Shown piece after piece: positions 11,936-23,025 of a stretch of DNA of 64,000 nt. Position numbers and translations under genes: made by a program. The notes beneath the pieces were generated by a model. That model did no database searches, was not told the origin of the DNA, and was given only the letters and a program-made list of their open reading frames with translations. Position 1 is the stretch's first letter. Each line of letters begins with the position of its first letter. The stretch comes from Zootoca vivipara (Eukaryota): contig NC_083288.1 in assembly GCF_963506605.1 (NCBI RefSeq), forward strand, positions 29,884,001 to 29,948,000, read 5' to 3'.

Positions 11936-12348
11936 GGGAGGCCTGGAACATTGCTGCTGCTACTGCTCTGCCAGGGAGTGTTTGGGAGGACTGCTCCCCC
12001 TGAAGCCCACTTCCACCTGGGGCTTGGGGCGGGTCCCCCACTCCACCACAGCTTTTGAGGCTCCTGGGAGGCCTGGAACATCACTGCTGCTGTGAGTACT
12101 GAAAGGACTGCTCCCCCTGAAGCCCACTTCCACCTTGGGCTTGGGGCGGGTCCCCCACTCCACCACAGCTTTTAAGGCTCCTGGGAGGCCTGGAACACTG
12201 CTGCTGCTGCTGCTCTGCCAGGGAGTGTTTGGGAGGACTGCTCCCCCTGAAGCCCACTTCCACCTTGGGCTCGGGGGCGGGACCCATACTCTACCACAGC
12301 TTTAAGGCTCCTAGGAGGCCTGAAACTGCTGCTGCTGCTGCTGCTCTT
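11936..12348 (+). repeat. L2 5' tandem monomers (about 117-130 bp, 3 copies plus a partial)
   Basis: GGAGGCCTG units start at 11936, 12066, 12183 and 12313. Each full unit has (CTG)n, CACTTCC and GGGGCGGG. Confidence 0.9.
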
Positions 12349-12822
12349 CTTGTAATTCTGATGTGTTTGTAACTTTTATTGTTTTTGGTTTTTGTTGTTT
12401 ATCGTTTAGTTTGTTAGTTTGTTTTCTGTATTGGTTTTAAATTCGATTTTAAGGGGAGGGGTTAATCTTAGTTTGTAATTTTCTGTCTTTGTTTGTATTG
12501 TTTTATTGTATTAGTTTGTTTTCTGTATTGGTTTTAAATTTGATTTTAAGGGGAGGGGTCAATTTTAGTTTGTAATTTTCTGTCTTTGTATTGTTTTATT
12601 GTATTTTTTTATTTACATAGGTTTTAGGGGGGATTTTTAGTTGGGTGTGGGAATCTGTTAAATTTTAGTGTATTTGTAATTTTTATTGTTTTTGGTTGTA
12701 TTGCGTTATTGTGTTTTTTGTGTTTTTCTTTTGTTCTGTTCTTTGCTGTTTTTTACAGAGGTTTTATTTTGTTTTTAAGGGGAGGGGTCAGGGCTGCCCG
12801 GGAGGGGGTCCCAGCAAGCAAA

Positions 12823-15800
12823 ATGGCTGGGGCAGATTCCACAGGGGGGGATGCACTGGAACAACCGATCTCAGTGGTCACGGGTAGGAGGAGGAGTTAC
12901 GCTAAGACCAGACCATGTCATTACCGAGGAGGCAGACTTAGTCGTTGTCTGAAGACTATCCCTGCCTCTGGGTCTGGTCCTGACCGGACGGATATTGGAA
13001 TCAGCAAGGGATACCCACATGACCTGAAGGTGCTGCTGTGCAATGCCAGGTCGATGATGAATAAGACCACTGCCATTCACGGCCTGATTGTGGATGGAGG
13101 ATTTGACCTGGCATGTGTGACAGAGACCTGGTTAGATGAAGCCGATGGGCCCGTTCTTGGCGCTGCTTGCCCACCAGGCTTCTCTTATGCACAGCAACCC
13201 AGGCCATCTGGGCGGGGAGGGGGGGTTGCAGTGATTTTTAGGAAGTCATTAGTTTGCACCAGGCGCCCTATTGGTAAGACTGAGTTTTCTGAGTGCATGT
13301 TCTGGAAGTTGGGCAATAGGGGCAGTACAGGATTCCTTTTGGTGTACCGACCTCCCCTCTGCACCAAGGATTCCCTGCCCGAGCTGCTTCAGGTCGTGTT
13401 GGATGTGCTCCTGGAGACACCTAGCTTGGTTGTCTTAGGGGATTTTAACATCCATGCCGACACGACCTTACAAGGAGCCGCTCGGGACTTCGTGGAAAGC
13501 ATGGCCACCATGGGGCTGTCCCTGAATAAGTCTGGCCCAACTCATAGCCGCGGACATGCCTTGGACTTGGTGTTTACCTCTATGGATGTTGGTGATCTGA
13601 CATTAAGTAAAAGTGAAACAAAAGAAGTGCCATGGTCAGATCACTTTCTGGTGCAACTGGACTTCTCCGCAACCCTTCCCCTCTGCAGGGAGGTGGGACT
13701 GATTCGGATGGTCCGCCCCCGCTACTTAATGGATCCAATTGGCTTCCAGAGAGTGGTAGGGGATGTTTTATCCCATGTCGATGGCCTTTCAGCTGATTCC
13801 CTGGTGGCCCGCTGGAATGCGGAGTTAACCAGCGCTATTGACTGTCTGGCTCCGAAGCGCCCTCTCAGATTGCATGGAGCCCGGACAGCCCCGTGGTTTT
13901 CCCCGGCGCTGAGGGCGATGAAACAGTCGTTGAGACGGCTAGAGCGCCGGTGGCGGAAAACTCATTTTGAATCAGACCGGACACGGGCTAGAGCTCAACT
14001 TCGAGCCTACCAAGTGGCAATGGCGACGGCGAAGAGGACCTTCTTCACCTTCTCCATCGCATCTGCAGAAAACAGCAGCAGGAGACTCTTCCAGGTGGTT
14101 CGCAATTTAGCGGAACCACCTGCTCCATCGGGGCCCAGTACGGGCCACATGATCTCCTGCAATGATTTTGCAAAGTTTTTTGCAGATAAAGTCGCTCAGA
14201 TTCGGGAAGAGGTAGACTCCACCGTGGGAGCAGGGCCGGGGCGGGGGAGTGCTAGAGTCCTGTCTAGTCAAGTTTTGTGGGATCAATTTCAATCTGTTAC
14301 CTCCGAGGATGTGGACAGGCTGCTTGGACGAGTGAAACCAACCACCTGTCTCCTTGATCCTTGCCCATCCTGGCTTATAAAAGCTAGCCGGGAAGGGCTG
14401 GGCGATGGGCTTCGCGGGTTGGTAAATGCTTCTCTCCATGAGGGAGCCTTCCCAGACCCGCTGAAAGAGGCGGTTATTAAACCGCTTCTTAAAAAACCAT
14501 CTTTAGATCCGGCCAATATGGCCAACTATCGCCCAGTCTCAAATCTTCCATTCTTGGGCAAGGTGATTGAGCGAGTGGTTGCTGAACAACTTCAGGCATG
14601 CCTGGAAGAAGCGGACCATTTGGATCCCTTCCAGTCAGGATTCAGGCCTCATCATGGGACTGAAACTGCCTTGGTCGCACTGGTCGATGATCTCCGGCGG
14701 GCTAGGGACAAAGGTAAGAGCTGTTTCCTTGTTCTGCTGGATCTCTCAGCGGCTTTTGACACCATCAACCATAACATCCTTCTGGACCGTCTAGAGGGCT
14801 TGGGAGCTGGGGGCACTGTCATGCAGTGGTTCCGCTCCTTCCTCCTGGGCCGTGTTCAGAAAGTGGTGGTGGGGGATGAGTGTTCAGACCCCTGGGCTCT
14901 CACTTGTGGGGTGCCTCAGGGTTCTGTCCTCTCCCCCATGCTTTTTAACATCTATATGCAGCCGCTGGGAGAGATCATCAGGGGGTTTGGGCTAGGTGTC
15001 CATCAGTATGCTGATGATACCCAGCTCTACCTCTCTTTTAAATCAGAGCCAGTGAAGGCGGTGAAGGTCTTGTGTGAGTGCCTGGAGGCGGTTGGAGGAT
15101 GGATGGCGGCTAACAGATTGAGATTGAATCCTGACAAGACAGAAGTACTGTTTGTGGGGGACAGGAGGCGGGCGGGTGTGGAGGACTCGCTCGTCCTGAA
15201 TGGGGTAACTGTGCCCCTGAAAGACCAGGTGCGCAGCCTGGGAGTCATTTTAGACTCACAGCTGTCCATGGAGGCACAGGTCAACTCTGTGTCCAAGGCA
15301 GCTGTTTATCAGCTCCATCTGGTACGCAGGCTGAGTCCCTACCTGCCCACTGACTGTCTCTCCAGAGTGGTGCATGCTCTAGTTATCTCCCGCTTGGACT
15401 ACTGCAATGCGCTCTACGTGGGGCTACCTTTGAAGGGGACCCGGAAGCTACAACTAATCCAGAATGCGGCAGCTAGACTGGTGACGGGGAGCGGCTGCCG
15501 AGACCACATAACACCGGTCCTGAAAGACCTACATTGGCTCCCAGTACGTTTCCGAGCACAATTCAAAGTGTTGGTGTTGACCTTTAAAGCCCTAAATGGC
15601 CTCGGTCCGGTATACCTGAAGGAGCGTCTCCACCCCCATCGTTCTGCCCGGACACTGAGGTCCAGCGCCGAGGGCCTTCTGGCGGTTCCCTCACTACGAG
15701 AAGCCAAGTTACAGGGAACCAGGCAGAGGGCCTTCTCGTTAGTGGCACCCACCCTGTGGAATGCCCTTCCACTAGAGGTCAAAGAGAACAACAACTACCA

Positions 15801-15855
15801 GACCTTTAGAAGGCATCTCAAGGCAGCCCTGTTTAGGGAAGCTTTTAATGTTTGA
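12823..15855 (+). CDS. L2 endonuclease-reverse transcriptase, uninterrupted, about 1010 aa from the first ATG
   Basis: [45 protein letters not shown] and SRLDYCN with no stops. Confidence 0.93.
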   Translation: MAGADSTGGDALEQPISVVTGRRRSYAKTRPCHYRGGRLSRCLKTIPASGSGPDRTDIGISKGYPHDLKVLLCNARSMMNKTTAIHGLIVDGGFDLACVTETWLDEADGPVLGAACPPGFSYAQQPRPSGRGGGVAVIFRKSLVCTRRPIGKTEFSECMFWKLGNRGSTGFLLVYRPPLCTKDSLPELLQVVLDVLLETPSLVVLGDFNIHADTTLQGAARDFVESMATMGLSLNKSGPTHSRGHALDLVFTSMDVGDLTLSKSETKEVPWSDHFLVQLDFSATLPLCREVGLIRMVRPRYLMDPIGFQRVVGDVLSHVDGLSADSLVARWNAELTSAIDCLAPKRPLRLHGARTAPWFSPALRAMKQSLRRLERRWRKTHFESDRTRARAQLRAYQVAMATAKRTFFTFSIASAENSSRRLFQVVRNLAEPPAPSGPSTGHMISCNDFAKFFADKVAQIREEVDSTVGAGPGRGSARVLSSQVLWDQFQSVTSEDVDRLLGRVKPTTCLLDPCPSWLIKASREGLGDGLRGLVNASLHEGAFPDPLKEAVIKPLLKKPSLDPANMANYRPVSNLPFLGKVIERVVAEQLQACLEEADHLDPFQSGFRPHHGTETALVALVDDLRRARDKGKSCFLVLLDLSAAFDTINHNILLDRLEGLGAGGTVMQWFRSFLLGRVQKVVVGDECSDPWALTCGVPQGSVLSPMLFNIYMQPLGEIIRGFGLGVHQYADDTQLYLSFKSEPVKAVKVLCECLEAVGGWMAANRLRLNPDKTEVLFVGDRRRAGVEDSLVLNGVTVPLKDQVRSLGVILDSQLSMEAQVNSVSKAAVYQLHLVRRLSPYLPTDCLSRVVHALVISRLDYCNALYVGLPLKGTRKLQLIQNAAARLVTGSGCRDHITPVLKDLHWLPVRFRAQFKVLVLTFKALNGLGPVYLKERLHPHRSARTLRSSAEGLLAVPSLREAKLQGTRQRAFSLVAPTLWNALPLEVKENNNYQTFRRHLKAALFREAFNV

Positions 15856-15971
15856 TGGATTTCTGTATTTTAATGTTTGATGGATTTCTGTATTTTAGAA
15901 TTTCTGTTTTGTTGAAAGCCGCCCAGAGTGGCTGGGGGAACCCGGCCAGATGGGCGGGGTATAAATAATAA

Positions 15972-16015
<44 letters not shown>

Positions 16016-19000
16016 CCCAGGACACCCTAAATCGGAGAAAAAACCTACGCCCATACACTCAGCTTCTTCAGCAAAAAGGGATTCGGTACTGCTGGGGCTT
16101 TCCCTTCCGTCTCATTGTGGCAACCGATACAACACAGTACATGGCTACCAACGAAACGGAAGCCCAACAACTATTGAGGATCCTTGGGTTGGATCGGCAA
16201 CAGAAAGACCTACCAAGTGACAGCTGAGATCAAGAAAATGGAATAACAGTAAATGAATGGATGGAAGTAAAGAGGGGAAAGAGACAACAGAAACAACACA
16301 TCAAGACTCGCCGGTACAACCATCTACCATCGCGCACAAAGTCATTCTACCGAACATTCTCCACAGGATGTCAGACCATGATCAACCGAACCAAAACATC
16401 ACTGAGGAACAGCCCAACAACAACAACAACAATCACAGCTGAATGAAGCAACCGGAAAACATCTTGAACAGCAGGACTGGTGATTCCCCTCCCCTCCCTC
16501 CCCCCTCCCCATAGGCCTTAAACATAGCTAACATCATCAATATTTCCCCCCCCAACACCATACCTCCATAGAACCTACCCCCATCCCAACCCCACCCCGA
16601 CACCAGTCCAGACAACCTCAATCATATTCCCCATCAACCACAACCCATATCTCCAGTATCCCTTCCATACCAAACAAGAGAAAAACAACTCCCCCAACAT
16701 CCATAGCACAACTCACTATCAGGCTAAAACATGATACCTATTCAACAACATGGTGACACCAGAGCGCGCCAACACATACACACACTCTAACACATCAGTG
16801 ATGTTGCTATTAACATTGGCAACATTGCTCACAAACCTTATACCTGACACTAACATTACAAAACTACTCTACACCGTCTCACTGATCACCCCCTGTTGCA
16901 AACGACGAAGGGGAAGGCCTGTCCCTGAGTACAGCCCTTCACATCAGCCGAGACCCAGGACCAACTGGCTAATCGCCAAAAGGTCCAAAATACCCCAAAC
17001 GAACACCTATATAACTATATATAGGAAACCCTCTATAACTTACCCCCTTCTCTTTAACCCGATTCTAATTTTAATCCCATTGGACCCCCACCCACCACAC
17101 AATAAGTCAGCGCAACCCCAATGGTTCAGTACACAACATGAAGTGAGGGACATAGGACAACCCAGACGGGTTGGCAAGGAACCTTCCTACAGAATAAATA
17201 AACAAGATGGCTAGCTTAAAAGCAATCACATTACATGTGAGGGGACTGGGAAACCCCATCAAGAAAAAATGTATCACCTCATACATAAATACCATGAAAC
17301 CACACATCACCTTCCTACAAGAAATACACAACCCACCCAAAGGGAACAAACTCCTGAATGACCCTCACTTTAGTCAACAATGGGTGGCACAAGGCTCAGG
17401 AAAGGCCCGCGGAGTAGCTGTAATACTTAGTAGGGACCTAAATTTCAATGCCACAACAATCCTAAAGGACAAAAAAGGCAGATTCATTTTCATTAAAGGA
17501 ATACTAGATGGCAAAATTAAACTGACAATTGGCTCACTATATGGCCCTAACTCGAGACAACTCGAATTCTTTCAAAAGACACTAAACAAGTTCCTTTCTT
17601 TCTCTGAGGGGGAAGCAATCCTGGGTGGTGACCTTAACTTAAATATGAAAGGCGTAACTCTAAAAAAACACCCATCCTACAAAACCACAGGCAACCCTCC
17701 TCAAAAAATACACCCCCCAACAAATAGGGGCTCTTACAAGTTGCTAAAATTGTTGAAAAACAGGGGTCTTTACGACATTTGGGGCAAACACAACCCGGGA
17801 GACACCACCCACACATTCCAGTCCAGACACCATGGTACAACGTCCAGACTGGACAGCATCCTGCTCAGGCAGGGTCTGATCCCTTTAGTAGAATCAACAA
17901 ACAAAGGTAGTATCAAAATCACAGATCACGCCCCAGTAGAAGTCACTGTTAAAATAAGAGAGGGAACACAAACTACCCCATCATGGTCTTTCAGTCCCAT
18001 CCTAACCACAAACAACCAAATTAAAGCAAATCTCATAAAAACTCTCCTTAAAACTATTTTAAGGAGAACGATAGAGACAATATAAATACCCCCCTCTTAT
18101 GGGACGCAATGAAAGCGGTGACCAGAGGAGCTTGCATAAAAGAGAAAGCACTTCTTAAAAAACAAACCTCTTCAATAATTAACAAGATAGAACAAGACAT
18201 CATTGCCCTCTCATCACGTTACAAACAAACAGGATCCAAAAAATCTACTTAAACTTCCAGAACAAAAGAGAAGAGAATTAGACTCCTTAGAAATCAATAA
18301 AACAATGATCAATATTTTATATTCTAAACAGCGCTTCTATGAGTACGGAGGGAAAAGCTCCAGACTGTTAGCAAATAGATGCAGGAAAAAAACACTTAAG
18401 ACAAGAATACACTGCATCACCAAAAAAGACGGCAACATAACATTTTCCCCGAAAGAAATGACCTCTGAATTTGCAGAATTCTACTCCAATCTGTACACCT
18501 CCCACAACCCAACTGAGGAGGGAATTAGAAAATTCCTAACAGGACTGACCATGCCCACCTTAACCGATGAGGAACAAGAATTCATGGACAGCCCTATCAC
18601 CCCTGAGGAAATAGATACAGTCCTTAAAAACTTGAAACCACACAAAGCCCCGGGCCCAGACGGCTTCACAGCAGAATTCTATAAAAAATTCAAAGAACCC
18701 CTGATGCCCTACATGATACGCCTATTTAATGATATCATGCAAGGGGGGCTCATTCCCAAAACATGGAATCACTCCAAAATAGTCTCCATCCCAAAACCAT
18801 TGAAGGACAACCTCAAAGCAGAATCTTACCACCCAATCTCATTAATAAATCAGGATTACAAGATATTCACATCAATCTTGGCCAATCACTTAAAAATCTT
18901 CCTAGGCAATTTAATAGTCCCAGACCAGACCGGCTTCGTCCCTGGTTGCAATATTACAGACCCCATCAGAAAACTACTAAACTTAATCGAACACAGCAAG

Positions 19001-21799
19001 ACAATTAAACTTCCACTGACAATTATGTCCCTATGTATCCTCAAAGCTTTTGATTGCTTAGAGTGGAAATACTTATTAGCAGTACTAACTAACATGAAAT
19101 TTGGCCCCAACTTCCTACAAATCCTCAAACAAATATATTCTCAAGCCTCAGCAAACTGCAGAATTAATAATATGGACTCAAACACCATAGTAATCCAAAG
19201 AGGCACAAAACAAGGATGTCCGCTGTCTCCATTCTTATTTATCCTGGCTTTGGATCCCCTAGCAATCCGAATCCGAGCAGCCACAGACATCAAGGGAGTG
19301 GAAATAAAAGGCAGAAATTATAAATTAGGGCTCTTTGTAGATAACCTAATGGTCACAACATCAGACCCCTTACATACAGCAACCTCCCTAATCAGAGAAC
19401 TCAACACATTTGCAATGGTGTTGGGCCTACAAGTAAACTTTGGAAAATCAGAAGCCATGTGCTTCAATACCCCTCCCCATATCCAAAAAGAACTTACTAA
19501 TATCACCAAAATAAAACTTTGTCACACCAAATTCAGATACCTAGGGGTACAAATAACAAAGAACCTCAATAAATTATACCTCCATAATTACAAGCCCCTG
19601 TGGCGGCAAATAAACAAAAACCTAAAGAGATGGGACAGTATGAGTTTCACTCTTTCAGACAAGATAGCCATGGTCAAAATGGTCACCCTCCCAAAACTAA
19701 CCTACCTATTCCAAACCCTCCCAATCTGGATCCCCCCAACCCAACTTCGCAAATGGCAGGGAAAATTACTCTCTTTTATTTTCTCACATAAAAAACCAAG
19801 GATTAGCACCAAATACCTTTACCTCCCCACTTCAGCAGGAGGATGGGGAATCCCCAACATAGAAACATACTACAACGCCAACCAAATACGCCATATAATC
19901 CCATATATACTAGAATACAAGACAAAACAATGGATACACCTGGAGAGGGACTCAATTTAAAATATCTGCACCACAGCATACCCGTTCCTCCCAAACAAAC
20001 TAAGGAAGATTCCCACAACGCTCAACAGATACACACAAGCCATGTTAAAAGCATGGAAAGCAGAAACTAGTAAACTATCTCCAACCCCATCCCCATTTAT
20101 TCCCCTAGTTTACCATCCATTGTTCCATCATGCAGTACAAAACCTCCAGATGAATACCTGGCAAACCAAAGGTTTACATCGCTTAATAGACTTCTATAAA
20201 GACAACAAACCTTTGTCAACACAAGAAATACAGAACAAACTAGAAGACATCCCAATGCCCTGGTTAGCACAACATCAATTACATGCCTTTCTAAATAACC
20301 CAACTGTAAAATCAGCAGCAACTAGACCCCTGACAACTTTCAAAAACCTCCTCCAAATGTCAAAAGGGCACGGAAAAGGGATGGTATCTGCAATATACAA
20401 AATACTACTTCAAAATCCCACAGATCCCCTGGACAAGACAAAACGACAATGGGGGGATGACATAGGATATGAAATCGACTTCCGGTTTCCCGCGGATCAG
20501 CTTCGGACGCGCCGGCGGGTCGCTCTTCGCTAGCGCACTCGAAAAGGGCGGATAGGGGGGGCATTGGGCTTCAAAGCCCCCCTCCAAAAAGGTCGTGGAG
20601 GGTTTCCAGACCTAACTGATCGGCAGCAGCGTCGGGGAAGCTCCGGCACCAAGCGGACAAGCGCGGTGGAGAGGAACCTCCCCGGGACGCCTACCTTAAG
20701 ATCCCGCCCCAGCCGAGAAAGCCAGAAAAACCCGAAGCAAGCAAGCGGTGAAACCTCCAAGGGAATTACCCGACCTAAGGTAATACGCAGCTCTCCCAAG
20801 CCCGGAGGTCTTTTGAAAGACCGAGGGAAGCGGTGAATTATAGGGAGAAAGAGAAGGTCGGCAAGCTAATTTAATGGCGGTGCAGGAAATCACCTCTGCA
20901 GCGTTCCGCTTTGCTTAAAAACCAACTCAACAACATCAAAGATTGCAAGAAAATAGTTACTCTTTTCGCTCTTTGGGCTGCCTGAAGAACGGTAGACACA
21001 TTTGTAGCAGTAATCCCTGAGAATTTGTAGCAGTCAACGGAGGGTAAGGACAAAGCGGGATAACAACATTGTAGCAGTAATTCCTGAGAAAGGTATTATC
21101 TTTCTTTTCTTTTCACTGGAGTTCTGTCGGATGGGATGGACTTAAAATGACTGAACTGTAAAAGATACTACTCCCCTCCAAAGCTTACCATGATTGAAAC
21201 ATATGAGATTGAATCGTATCGGAAATAACTTTGGGGAGGAATTTCTGGCACTTAAGAAGGAATTTGGAGGAACAGTTATGAGAAGAGCTTAAAAGATTTT
21301 TGAACCTTTTCCTTTTCTTGAATCCTTCCTTGTTATTGGCTAAATAGGATATCATATTGGCAAGTGACTTTATCTGAACTGCTGAGTCACAGCGGGAACA
21401 AGAAAAAAATCTTTGCTCAGGACAACGCTATTTAGAAAGAGCGCCACCTCTAGGAAGATGGTAATAAGGCATCCAATAACCTAAAATTTATATAACTCAC
21501 AGCCATAGCCTCCACCCAGAGAATAAACAAAAACTTTTTTTGGAGCAGCTTGCTGGGTGAGCAAGAGGACAAGAGGAGCAGCCAACAGTCAAGGAAGTTA
21601 AAGACTTCTGTTAACAGCAGATATATTGTGACTAATTATTTTTTGGTTAGCTCTTTGTTTTAGCATTGCCAAACCAAAAAGACTGCATTGTGAACACCCC
21701 ACCCCCCCTGATTTTGACTTCACATTCCTCTTTCTTCTCTTTTTTTTTTTGTTGTTGTTGCCGGTTTATATATATATACACAAGGAGTGTTGGGGAGAT

Positions 21800-22801
21800 A
21801 TGGGATCCCAAAGAGAGGGGGTCAACAAAAAATTGGCAACTTCTGCATTAACAGGGAACGTTGGCAACCAAGCTAGAAGAGGGTCAGGAGCAGATATGGA
21901 TGCAAATTTGGACGTGAAAGAATTAATTTTAAGTTTAAAAAGGGACATTGTCGATATGAAAAAAGATGTAAATGAAAAATTGGATAGTTTTGGGGAAAAG
22001 ATAGACGGGAATGCTAAGATTGTAACAGAATTAAGTGAGAAGATGAATGAACTGGGAAGAAAAAATGCAGAGCTTACGACAATAGTGCAAGATCTAAAAG
22101 GCAAGACTATAAGCCTAGAAGAGTCAGTGAGGAAATTACAGAATGAAAACAGGGAATTGAAGAGGGAGGGGGAACGGGTAAGGAAGGAGATGGCTGAAAT
22201 GAAACAAACACATGAGGCTGTGATGGATGCAGTCTCTATGATTGAGATGCATAGAAGAGAGAACACCTTGAGACTAAGAGCTATACCAGAGAAACCGGAT
22301 GAGCAAATTGGAAAGAAAGTGACTTTAGAGCTTGCCAAATGGTTAGAAATTAGCGAACATGAAATGGAACAGCATATAGACAGGACTTTTAGAATAAGAT
22401 CAAAGGTTGCAAAGGAAAATAATTGGCCGGGGGATTGTTTGGTAACCTTCAAAACGTTAGATATTAGAGATAAAGTCCTGCAAATGAGTAACAAAAAAAG
22501 ATTACAAATTGATGAGAGCGATGTAATTATTCATAAATATATACCTTCCAGATTCTTGAAAAAACGGGAAAAATTCAAGCCATACGTAGAAGCACTGAGA
22601 GGGAAAACGATAACCCATCGATGGGAATATCCAGAGGGGTTTTCGTTTTTCTTTAAAGGTAAAAGACGAAAGTTTATGGTGCCAGAAGACGCAGCGAAAT
22701 ATTGGAGAAAATATTCGAAACAATTAGGAAAAGTGAGAAGGGCAAGTGGAGGAGGGGAAGATTCGAATTCTGATAACCCAGTAGAAGTGGAAGAGAGCTA
22801 G
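21800..22801 (+). CDS. L1-B ORF1p, 333 aa from the first ATG
   Basis: Long coiled coil followed by RRENTLRLRAIPE, IDRTFRI, PGDCLVTF and HRWEYPEG, typical of L1 ORF1p. Confidence 0.88.
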   Translation: MGSQREGVNKKLATSALTGNVGNQARRGSGADMDANLDVKELILSLKRDIVDMKKDVNEKLDSFGEKIDGNAKIVTELSEKMNELGRKNAELTTIVQDLKGKTISLEESVRKLQNENRELKREGERVRKEMAEMKQTHEAVMDAVSMIEMHRRENTLRLRAIPEKPDEQIGKKVTLELAKWLEISEHEMEQHIDRTFRIRSKVAKENNWPGDCLVTFKTLDIRDKVLQMSNKKRLQIDESDVIIHKYIPSRFLKKREKFKPYVEALRGKTITHRWEYPEGFSFFFKGKRRKFMVPEDAAKYWRKYSKQLGKVRRASGGGEDSNSDNPVEVEES

Positions 22802-23025
22802 AGAGGTGGATTTTTGTGTGTTAAGTCTTTATTATTGTAATTATTCAACCAGGAGTTGAAACTGGTATATTTTCATTTGGTTCTGATTTGTAGTTTGGTG
22901 AATCGTTCTTCTTTATTTTAAACTATTATCTTTCTTCATAATAAAGTGAATAAAAGCAATCGGGGGAAAAAAAGGGGGGGGAAATAATATTAAAAATAAA
23001 ATAAAATAATAATAATAATAGAGGA

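Larger units (their letters stand above)
11935..16014 (+). mobile_element. L2 LINE, long copy with an intact ORF, nested in L1-A ORF1
   Basis: Has 5' monomers, a T-rich leader, an EN-RT ORF and a (TTA)n tail. The short duplicated target TTATCC occurs at both junctions (11929-11934 and 16012-16017). Confidence 0.95.
11269..16227 (+). pseudogene. L1-A ORF1 (coiled coil/RRM/CTD), split by the L2 insertion into 11269-11934 and about 16018-16227
   Basis: EDQNRRCNI, ERAHRA, PRDIIVCF and LVLQDLS, then resuming after the L2 as QDTLNRRKNLRPY...RYCWGFPFRLIV. Confidence 0.92.

Noticed and set aside
11269-12003. 244-aa ORF as a novel chimeric gene
   Set aside because: It is L1-A ORF1 reading a short way into the inserted L2.
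12709-12822. Hydrophobic N-terminal extension on the L2 ORF
   Set aside because: It comes from a non-ATG start in a T-rich leader. The first in-frame ATG is at 12823.
21766-22494. 242-aa antisense ORF
   Set aside because: It is a shadow of the A-rich L1-B ORF1 and has no independent support.
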